Assembly: GCA_963662285.2 (NCBI GenBank)
Contig: CAXXMV010000006.1
Span: 416,001-480,000 of the forward strand
DNA from: a bacterium
GTDB taxonomy: Bacteria; Hinthialibacterota; Hinthialibacteria; Hinthialibacterales; Hinthialibacteraceae
DNA length: 64,000 nucleotides
Direction of reading: 5' to 3'
Part shown: one piece after another, positions 21,059 through 28,730 of the stretch
Position numbering within the stretch: position 1 is the stretch's first letter
How the letters are laid out: every line of letters begins with the position of its first letter
The notes under the pieces: generated by a model
Seen by the model: the letters and a program-made list of their open reading frames with translations, nothing else
Databases searched by the model: none
Told to the model about the DNA's origin: nothing
Translations under genes and position numbers: made by a program

Positions 21059-21637
21059 TCATCCACCAGCAATGAATTTTCCATCTAACATGATGCGGCC
21101 TGAATTATATTGACCTCCCAAGCGAATAATATCTCCGCCGCTGCTTAATCCATTGCTGGTATCGTAACTTCGGATAGTTGTACCAAACGGAAAACCATCG
21201 TTTCCACTGACTTCTTCTGTCCGGTCCGGACCGGCGGAAATGATGATATAGGCCTGGGCTGGCCATTGTTTTCCTGCTTTAGAAGCATTCCCCGAACCAA
21301 ACTCAAAGGTGGGGTTATCTTCCGTGTAATTCCCGGCAGGCCCTCCGGCGAAAGCATCTCGCGGCAATGATGACATGTAAGCCATTGGAGTAGTCAGGCG
21401 GAATAGACCTCTTTCGTCCATTCCTCCACTGGGCCAGTCATGATCTTCCACATACGTGTTATTATCCAGATAATATTGTTCCAGCGCCGTAGAAAGCGCT
21501 TTCATATCCGCTTGCGTCCGGCTGACTTTGGCCCGCATTTGCGCATTCAGAAAATTCGGAACCGCAATAGCAGCAAGAATTCCAATAATTGCCACAACGA
21601 TCAACAGTTCTATCAACGTAAATCCATGTTTTTGCAT
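21059..21637 (-). CDS. Prepilin-type N-terminal cleavage/methylation domain protein (GspG-like pseudopilin) 1
   Basis: Class III signal KHG|FTLIELLIVVAIIGILAAIAVP; SAGPD motif. Start at MQKHG (21637). Confidence 0.9.
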   Translation of the reverse strand: MQKHGFTLIELLIVVAIIGILAAIAVPNFLNAQMRAKVSRTQADMKALSTALEQYYLDNNTYVEDHDWPSGGMDERGLFRLTTPMAYMSSLPRDAFAGGPAGNYTEDNPTFEFGSGNASKAGKQWPAQAYIIISAGPDRTEEVSGNDGFPFGTTIRSYDTSNGLSSGGDIIRLGGQYNSGRIMLDGKFIAGG

Positions 21638-21691
21638 TTCAGCAACCTGCCTATCTTCTAAAATATTTTTTGAATCACTCAACAAAATAAT

Positions 21692-21728
21692 CGCTTGATT
21701 CCCTGAGATTGCTTCAAGGAATCAAGCG
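21692..21728. terminator. Hairpin between the beta-helix gene and the pilin gene
   Basis: cgcttgattcc...ggaatcaagcg, an 11-bp perfect stem; weak T-run on the minus strand. Confidence 0.45.
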
Positions 21729-21768
21729 TGCAATATAAATCAAATTTATCTGGGAGGTAAAACTCATA

Positions 21769-22767
21769 TTAGTAAATAGACCAGTTGCCAACATCTGCAG
21801 GAGTTGCACCCTGCGACCCGGCAAAGGTCGGATCGCCAGTTGGATCCAAATTTTCGTCGAAACTGGTGTTTCCTGCCGTTAATGCAGGGGAACCAGACTG
21901 CAAATGAAGATCCATAGTTGTTGCGGTAAATCCCATCCCTGGAGCGGCAACATAAAGTGGATCTTCACCAATGCTATAATCATCGATCCACACGGCGCCG
22001 CCATTTACATCCAGACGGCCCATTAGCATACCCGTTATACCTGAAGGATCACTATCAAGTGGATCCCAACCAACGCAATGGACAACGCTGATAAAGCCCA
22101 ATGTTTCGATATCGTTGGCGCCGGGTCCGGCATAAAGAATGCAATTCTTCAATATGGCTTCTGATGTATCCGCCGCTTCAATGATATCGCTCATACCGAG
22201 GAACATATCGCAGTTGGTAAAAACTCCGATCGAACTTCCGGCTAAGTTCACTGTGTCGCCAGTTGCCCAGCCCAACACACAGAAATTAAACGCCGCCTCA
22301 GCTGTGTCATTAATATCAATTACGTTTTCCATTGCTTTCAATGCCCACACATTATTAAATGTGTTATCAAACGACCCGGCATCAAACTCAATAATCGAAT
22401 CTACCGCATTGATTGCGGTGAAATCCTCAAAGAGGCAACCATCAATGCCATCATCGATTTTGATGGCGGAATCGAAAGCGAATCCGCAGTCGAGAATCGT
22501 TGCTGTAGAAGGATCCATCCCCGATCCTGCGCCTCTCACTGTTGTGCCCGCAGGAAGGCGCATTAGATCCGGTCGACCTGTTTCATCTTCTTTGGGAACT
22601 AATTTGTAATAACCAGCTTCGAATGTTATCGTACTTTCGGCGTCGACGACTGTCTGAATAATTCCGACTACATCGTCGCCTGGTTTAATGGTCACATTTT
22701 GTTGGGCCATCGCAGAGAGCCCAATTATTGAGAGAATAAAGACCTGTATAGATATGCGTGTAATCAT
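21769..22767 (-). CDS. Secreted acidic beta-helix (pectin-lyase-like fold) protein with C-terminal VGNWSIY tail
   Basis: Signal peptide SAMA|Q; F.NC repeats; DPLYV..DLHLQSGSPAL.AG; paralogous to 22794. Confidence 0.65.
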   Translation of the reverse strand: MITRISIQVFILSIIGLSAMAQQNVTIKPGDDVVGIIQTVVDAESTITFEAGYYKLVPKEDETGRPDLMRLPAGTTVRGAGSGMDPSTATILDCGFAFDSAIKIDDGIDGCLFEDFTAINAVDSIIEFDAGSFDNTFNNVWALKAMENVIDINDTAEAAFNFCVLGWATGDTVNLAGSSIGVFTNCDMFLGMSDIIEAADTSEAILKNCILYAGPGANDIETLGFISVVHCVGWDPLDSDPSGITGMLMGRLDVNGGAVWIDDYSIGEDPLYVAAPGMGFTATTMDLHLQSGSPALTAGNTSFDENLDPTGDPTFAGSQGATPADVGNWSIY

Positions 22768-22793
22768 AATATCAATCTCCTTTCTTTGGGCTA

Positions 22794-23753
22794 TTATTGT
22801 GCCGGTCCCATGGCGCCGGCGTATGTTTGGTTTCCGTCTGCATCTTTACCAATCGTGAGAGCGGGCGATCCTGCTTGTAAATGGAAATCCAAATCCAGCC
22901 AGAAAACGTGCGGACCAACATTAACATAAAGTGGATCACCACCGATTCCATCGATTTCATAGGCGCCGCCTTCGAAGGCGATTCCTCCTAATCCATCAGC
23001 ATCCTCGCCCGGAGGATCGAAGAATACGCTGTTGTGAATTTCTGTAAGACCGCTTCCGCCATCGACATCGTCTGAAAGACTTCCGGCATGGAAAATACAA
23101 TTTTTGACGATTACTGTTGAATTATCTTCATTATCGAAAATATCGCTGTCCCAGTCATAGAAATCACAATTCTGGAACAGGACGGCGCTATCACCTTCCA
23201 GATCAGTGCCATCATCTCCACCACGGGCGAAGACGCAGTTGTAGTAACGGATCATTTCGTCAAAAAATTCTGGATCACCCATCCCTCCGGTTCCATCGTT
23301 ATCGGCGCCGGAATCGCAAGCGAGAAACCAGCAATTTCTGATTTCTATGTTGAGTGCATCACTATTGCCTTCCACGGCTTCATCATAAATGTTGATCATT
23401 GTAAAACCGTCTATGACTATATCGACCGTGGCAATTTGGAAGCCTGTTGCGATAAACCAGGCTTCTCCATCCAGGATTGTCGCTGTTTCAGGATCCGTGC
23501 CTGGACCGGCGCCTTGCAGGGTAATTCCTTCGAATTCCGAGTGTAAATCAATACCTACTCCACTGCCGGGCTCGACTGGTACCAGGTCGTACCATCCCGG
23601 TGCAAAAATCACCGTCCCTTTAAATCCCGCCTCTATCAAAGCGGCTCCAATATCATCCCCAGGGCTTACATTCACAGTGGTTTGTCCGAAAACGCCTGCT
23701 GCTGACCCCAGGACAAGTGCGAATACTGCTATTGCCGAGGTTTTTAATCTCAT
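22794..23753 (-). CDS. Secreted acidic beta-helix protein, paralogue of 21769-22767, without the tail
   Basis: Shared blocks GAG.G.DP.TATILD and DPLYV..D.HLQ.GSPAL. Start at MRLK (23753) with RBS gaggag. Confidence 0.65.
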   Translation of the reverse strand: MRLKTSAIAVFALVLGSAAGVFGQTTVNVSPGDDIGAALIEAGFKGTVIFAPGWYDLVPVEPGSGVGIDLHSEFEGITLQGAGPGTDPETATILDGEAWFIATGFQIATVDIVIDGFTMINIYDEAVEGNSDALNIEIRNCWFLACDSGADNDGTGGMGDPEFFDEMIRYYNCVFARGGDDGTDLEGDSAVLFQNCDFYDWDSDIFDNEDNSTVIVKNCIFHAGSLSDDVDGGSGLTEIHNSVFFDPPGEDADGLGGIAFEGGAYEIDGIGGDPLYVNVGPHVFWLDLDFHLQAGSPALTIGKDADGNQTYAGAMGPAQ

Positions 23754-23797
23754 TCCTTTGCTCCTCTCTTTTTGATCATTTTTCAATTAATTCTTAG

Positions 23798-23886
23798 TGA
23801 GGTGACTCGGACGGAGTTCAGAAATAGAAATCTATTCTTTAACGAAATTCATTCAATTAAAGAATTCCAAGTCTTGAGCCACCTCA
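23798..23886 (-). promoter_or_regulatory. Candidate structured 5' leader RNA
   Basis: Minus strand UGAGGUGGCUC pairs with GAGUCACCUCA (11 bp, one G-U), extended by GAC/GUC and GGAAUUC/GAACUCC, about 45 nt upstream of the 23753 start. Confidence 0.4.
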
Positions 23887-24128
23887 AAATGAACAAAGTT
23901 AAAAAAAATCAATGTCAATAATTAATCAGGCAACGAATTGATTAATTATTAAATCAAAATGAATTAACTATATCTATAAGGTTTGGCCTGTTTTTTGTGC
24001 GCAATATTACACGTCGAACTATGTAATCTTTTTGATTACAGAAGATAACAGAACATGAAATATGAAGACTATTAAAAGGGAAAAACCAGGCAGGAGGTAT
24101 ACATTATCAAAGGATATCGTAATCAAAT

Positions 24129-24812
24129 TTATTCCTTACTTACCCATTGAATTGCATATTTCAATAAGTCAGAGGTTTTCTCGATATTCATTTTCTCTTT
24201 GATCCTTACCCGGTATGATTGGACGGTTTTTGGACTGACATGGATTTTGTCCGCGATTTCTTGGGTGCTCATACCCAATCCGAATAGCCGGAAAACTTCC
24301 AACTCCCGGTCGCTCAGTTTTTCAACCGGAGATTCAGAAATATCGGGAAAAGGCGTAACAAGTTTATCCAACATCTTTTCGGATATTTGACTGCTTAAAT
24401 AAAGTTTCCCTCTCATGATTCGCCGAATTGCCGTAACTACATTATCCGTTAATTCCTCTTTCATAATGTAACCCCGGGCGCCCGCCCGGAGGGCGCGTTC
24501 TGCGTAGATCGACTCATCATGGACGGATAGAACCAAAACCGGTAGATTCTTATTCTGGCTTTTAATTTGTTTGATAAGTTCCAAACCGTTGCTATTTTTT
24601 AGAGAAATATCTACGATGGCAATATCCGGTTCGAGAACGGCGATTTGCTCCAGCGCTGTTTCCACACTATCGGCTTCTCCGCATACTTTCATATCGTTTT
24701 TCTGGGAAAACAATAGAGCAAGGCCTTGCCGGATAATCGGATGATCGTCGACCACCAGTACTTTTATTTTGGATTCCCGAAAAGTAGTTTTAATTTCTGG
24801 ATTTTCACTCAT
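24129..24812 (-). CDS. NarL/FixJ family response regulator (REC + LuxR HTH)
   Basis: VVDDHP, VDISL..NGLELI, GARGYIMK and LSDRELEVF...SPKTV motifs; ATGA overlap with the kinase gene. Confidence 0.95.
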   Translation of the reverse strand: MSENPEIKTTFRESKIKVLVVDDHPIIRQGLALLFSQKNDMKVCGEADSVETALEQIAVLEPDIAIVDISLKNSNGLELIKQIKSQNKNLPVLVLSVHDESIYAERALRAGARGYIMKEELTDNVVTAIRRIMRGKLYLSSQISEKMLDKLVTPFPDISESPVEKLSDRELEVFRLFGLGMSTQEIADKIHVSPKTVQSYRVRIKEKMNIEKTSDLLKYAIQWVSKE

Positions 24813-27800
24813 TGGACGCCTACAGGAAATTCAGTATTTTGGAAACAACATGTTACCAGTGTTCCGCAATCGTTATTTCTTCGAATATCAAACTTCGCAT
24901 GGATTATATGAGAGCGGTATTCCATAATCTGTAATCCCATGCCATGGGTGTTTTCAATATCATCGGGAATGCCTACGCCGTCATCTTTTACAGCTAACGA
25001 AATCTCTTTGCCATTTTGGATCACCTCGATCCATACATTACTGGCATGCCCGTGACGAATTGCGTTATTGAGAGCTTCTTGAACAATCCGGTAGAGATGA
25101 ATAGCGTGCTCATCTTTTAAGAGAGTAACTTCTTTACCATAATTGAGATGACAATGGATAGGATATAATTTCCTGGTATTTGAGATCATTTCTTCCAAGG
25201 CCGATTGAAGCCCATGAAGTTCCAATGCAATGGGATGAAGACCACGGGCGATAGCCCTGGTTTTACTGATTGCATTATTAATCCAATTGGTTATTTCTAT
25301 GGCGCTTTTTGTATCGGAAGATGAAATGCCTGATAAACGTTCCTCCAAAACTTTACTTCGCAAAGCGATCCCCGTAAGACATTGGCACAAATCGTCGTGT
25401 AATTCATCCCCGATTCGTTTTCGTTCGGTATCGCGTATCTGTAAAATCTGTTTTTCCAATCTTTTTCTTTCTGTTATATCCCGAACAATTGCCAATACTT
25501 CATCTACACTACTCAACACGATCCTCGTTTCGCAATCAAACTTGCTGCCATTGTGTTCGATATGGTATTCAAAAGTTTGAGATTCCCCTGTTGTTACCGC
25601 TTTTCTCAAGTAATACATCCATTGATGAGCCGCTTGCGTCGGTAAAACATCGAAAATATTCGTTCCAACAATTTCGTCCGATAAATAAGCAGGTTGAAAT
25701 TCTCTTGGCGCTTTATAATCAAGATACGTCCCGTCGCTTCTGATTCGAACCATTAAATCTGGGATCGCATTCAACAAAGCCCGGTTCTTCGATTCACTAT
25801 TACGTAATGCTTTTTCGACCTGCTTCCGGGAGGTTATGTTTTGAAGCATTCCTAAAGAACCGACAATAGTTCCATCTTCATTTTTCACTTCAATCGCTGC
25901 GTTAGACATCCAACGTTGTTCACCACTGGGGGTTGTAATGAGATAATCGGCGCGCCAGCTGACTTCAGCGCTGGATCTGGTTTTCTCTATAGCTTCTTGG
26001 CGGGTCAATCCAGCCAGTTCTCCAAGTGGTATGCAATCCATGGTTATTTTTTCCCAAATATCAGGAGTAATTTCATGTTTAGAATAACCGGTAATCGATT
26101 CAATACCGTCACCCATAAAATCGTATTGATTGGTTTCATAATTTCGGTAATAGGGTACGGCATTGGCGACTTCGATTGCGTCCCGGTATAATTTTTCACT
26201 TTTTTGCAGCGCTTCTTCCGCAACTTTACGTTCATGGATTTCGTGTTCTAATTCTTTGTTAATCCGGGTAAGGTTAGCTGTACGATTTTTGACAAGTTGG
26301 TCTAGTTTGATATTATGGAAAACAATTACTGTACATATCAATGCAATAAATAATATCATCGCCATACTAATAATGATGAATTCCGATGAATGATGCCATG
26401 GCGAGAGCACCGCAAATTCATAAGAATCCCCCGATGGATCGATATTCTGGTTCAGATCCATAGACCTGACTTCAAAACGATGTTTCCCTGCTTTCAATTT
26501 AGAAAAAGTTGTGCTTGTGTTATTCTTGAATGAAGACCAGTTTCCATTATCCAACCGCAAGGAATATTTTAACTTATCTTTGGGCGTTCGTTTCCACTTG
26601 TCGATCCCTGAAAATTGAAGATAAAGAGTCCCGCCTGACGGTATTTCATTTGGATTTTCAGAATGAATCATGAATGTTTGAGGAGCATCCAAATCGGTTT
26701 CGGGATGATAAAGACTTATTCCACGGGCTGTCCCCAGCCAGATTCGACCATTGCTTTCCTGATATACTCTATGGACAATCGAGGAAGGCAGGCCTTCTTC
26801 CCTGGTATAAGCAGTCCATGAACCGTTGCTATATCGATGAAGGCCTGAATTAGATGCAACCCAAATGCTTCCATCACTTGATGTATGCATGGAGTTTACT
26901 CTATCTAAATCAGAAATAACCGTGTTCCATGTTTTCCCGTCATATTGATGAATAGCATTGCGGCTTCCCGCCCATATAATATTTTCTGTAAGTTCTTGTA
27001 TCCAAAAAGTCCCGGAACCCCATTCTCCTTTTCCAACATTTAACGATTCTAATTTTCCATTTTTGTAGACATAAAGTTCGCTCAAACATCCAATCCAGAT
27101 TTCACCGTTTGCTCGTTCTTTGACGTGCCTGACATGTATAATTTCTTTCTCTTTGCTGAAATCAAGCACTGTTTTGAAACTGCTGCCATCATAAGTCTCC
27201 AGACGAAAATCATAAACATCTTCGCCTTGTGTACGCACCCAGGCAGTCTCCCCATCTCGAGCCGCGATCAACCGTAATCTTCGTCCTTCTGGATGCTGTA
27301 TGAACGTATACTCTTCTTTCGATGGATCAAATGTAAGTAGATTCCGTGACTTTGTACAATTCAGTATCAAGCGCCCATTACCTACAAAACAAAAAGCATC
27401 GGATTCATGATAGTGAGAATAGACCCCCATCGGAAAAGGAAATGTTTTCCATTGATTGTCATGATTGAGTACCAGTGCGTTTCTGCTGATAAACCATAGA
27501 CCGCCATTCTCTTGTTCGAGAATGGCATGCACTTCGCTTGTAACATTCCTAATAGTTATGGGTGTTCTGAATAATGAGGGTGCATATTGTGCCAGACCGG
27601 AAGAAATTGCCAGCCAAAAAGATCCATCTGTTTCACACGCAACATCAAATATCTCCCCGGATAGAATCTCTTCTTCATTGACGCGGTTTATGATCCCCTC
27701 AGCTGAGATTCGAAATAAACCATCCTTTTTTTGCAGCCATATGCATTCTTGAGGTCCTTTCCAACCGCGAACTATGCTCTCTTCCGATTCATGGAGCGTC

Positions 27801-28555
27801 TGCCAGTTTTTTCCATCAAAACAAATAAGCCGGGATAATGAATCATTGTTTGACGAATCAGCCACCAGATATACATGTCCGTTTTTTCCATCCAATGGCT
27901 CTTTCAGGTCATGAAGATCATTGTCCGGGGGAATATATTCAATCAATTCTAATTTTGAGACAAAAGGAGTTTCAGGTTTTTTAACTTTCAAAAGTCCTTT
28001 TTCTCCACTGATCCATACCCCTCCGTCCTTGGCTGGAGTTAAATCTATAAAATGCCCCAAACTCGTATTTTCACTCGCGACAAACGGCAGATTCTGTTTT
28101 GAAGCAAGATTGAACCCCATTACAGATTCAGGTTGCAAATAGAGAATAAAATCAAGTGAGATCGGAAAAAATTGCGTATCGGTTTTAATGCCTTCAACAT
28201 CATACCTGATCCACTTGTTATTTTTATAAACCTGAAATCCCCCATCATATATTGACCATATTTGTTCATAAGAATTTTCAAATATTGGAACATAAGCTCC
28301 TGGATTATCTGAATTTTTAACTGAGTATCCATCCAGGCGACTCATATGAGTGATGCTGCCATGGTTGATCCATAACTGGTTTTTCGAATTGATAGAGACA
28401 GTCCTTGAGTAAGATTCCGCCAGACCATCTCCGGCTCTCCAATAACGCCAGTTAAATGAAGTCTGGCTCAAACAAATTTGGGGAATAGCTAACAAAATAA
28501 TTAACAACTCTAAAAAGAAGAGTCGATTTCGGCTTATCTTAATTAAAGTAGACAT
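24809..28555 (-). CDS. Sensor histidine kinase: periplasmic two-component-regulator beta-propeller + Y_Y_Y + TM + 2 PAS + HisKA_3 + HATPase
   Basis: YT.EEGLPS..V..ESNGRIWLGT..G propeller repeats; YSLRLDN.NWS..GKHRFEVRS; one TM; RDITERK; ER.RIGDELHDDLCQ; RIVQEALNNAIRH; DDGVG; GMGL. Confidence 0.9.
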   Translation of the reverse strand: MSTLIKISRNRLFFLELLIILLAIPQICLSQTSFNWRYWRAGDGLAESYSRTVSINSKNQLWINHGSITHMSRLDGYSVKNSDNPGAYVPIFENSYEQIWSIYDGGFQVYKNNKWIRYDVEGIKTDTQFFPISLDFILYLQPESVMGFNLASKQNLPFVASENTSLGHFIDLTPAKDGGVWISGEKGLLKVKKPETPFVSKLELIEYIPPDNDLHDLKEPLDGKNGHVYLVADSSNNDSLSRLICFDGKNWQTLHESEESIVRGWKGPQECIWLQKKDGLFRISAEGIINRVNEEEILSGEIFDVACETDGSFWLAISSGLAQYAPSLFRTPITIRNVTSEVHAILEQENGGLWFISRNALVLNHDNQWKTFPFPMGVYSHYHESDAFCFVGNGRLILNCTKSRNLLTFDPSKEEYTFIQHPEGRRLRLIAARDGETAWVRTQGEDVYDFRLETYDGSSFKTVLDFSKEKEIIHVRHVKERANGEIWIGCLSELYVYKNGKLESLNVGKGEWGSGTFWIQELTENIIWAGSRNAIHQYDGKTWNTVISDLDRVNSMHTSSDGSIWVASNSGLHRYSNGSWTAYTREEGLPSSIVHRVYQESNGRIWLGTARGISLYHPETDLDAPQTFMIHSENPNEIPSGGTLYLQFSGIDKWKRTPKDKLKYSLRLDNGNWSSFKNNTSTTFSKLKAGKHRFEVRSMDLNQNIDPSGDSYEFAVLSPWHHSSEFIIISMAMILFIALICTVIVFHNIKLDQLVKNRTANLTRINKELEHEIHERKVAEEALQKSEKLYRDAIEVANAVPYYRNYETNQYDFMGDGIESITGYSKHEITPDIWEKITMDCIPLGELAGLTRQEAIEKTRSSAEVSWRADYLITTPSGEQRWMSNAAIEVKNEDGTIVGSLGMLQNITSRKQVEKALRNSESKNRALLNAIPDLMVRIRSDGTYLDYKAPREFQPAYLSDEIVGTNIFDVLPTQAAHQWMYYLRKAVTTGESQTFEYHIEHNGSKFDCETRIVLSSVDEVLAIVRDITERKRLEKQILQIRDTERKRIGDELHDDLCQCLTGIALRSKVLEERLSGISSSDTKSAIEITNWINNAISKTRAIARGLHPIALELHGLQSALEEMISNTRKLYPIHCHLNYGKEVTLLKDEHAIHLYRIVQEALNNAIRHGHASNVWIEVIQNGKEISLAVKDDGVGIPDDIENTHGMGLQIMEYRSHIIHAKFDIRRNNDCGTLVTCCFQNTEFPVGVQ

Positions 28556-28730
28556 AAAACCGCACCAGCCAGTTTCTGAAGATATGGAAATAAGAAAATT
28601 GAATTTTCACTAGAGTAGTTCTAAAAAATATATTTATTTATTATCATGCTTGATCGTCATAAAAGCAAACATTTTCCCCATTTTCAAAACACGAACAAGA
28701 ATGGAACTACCAGTATTACTCTAAGGCGTA

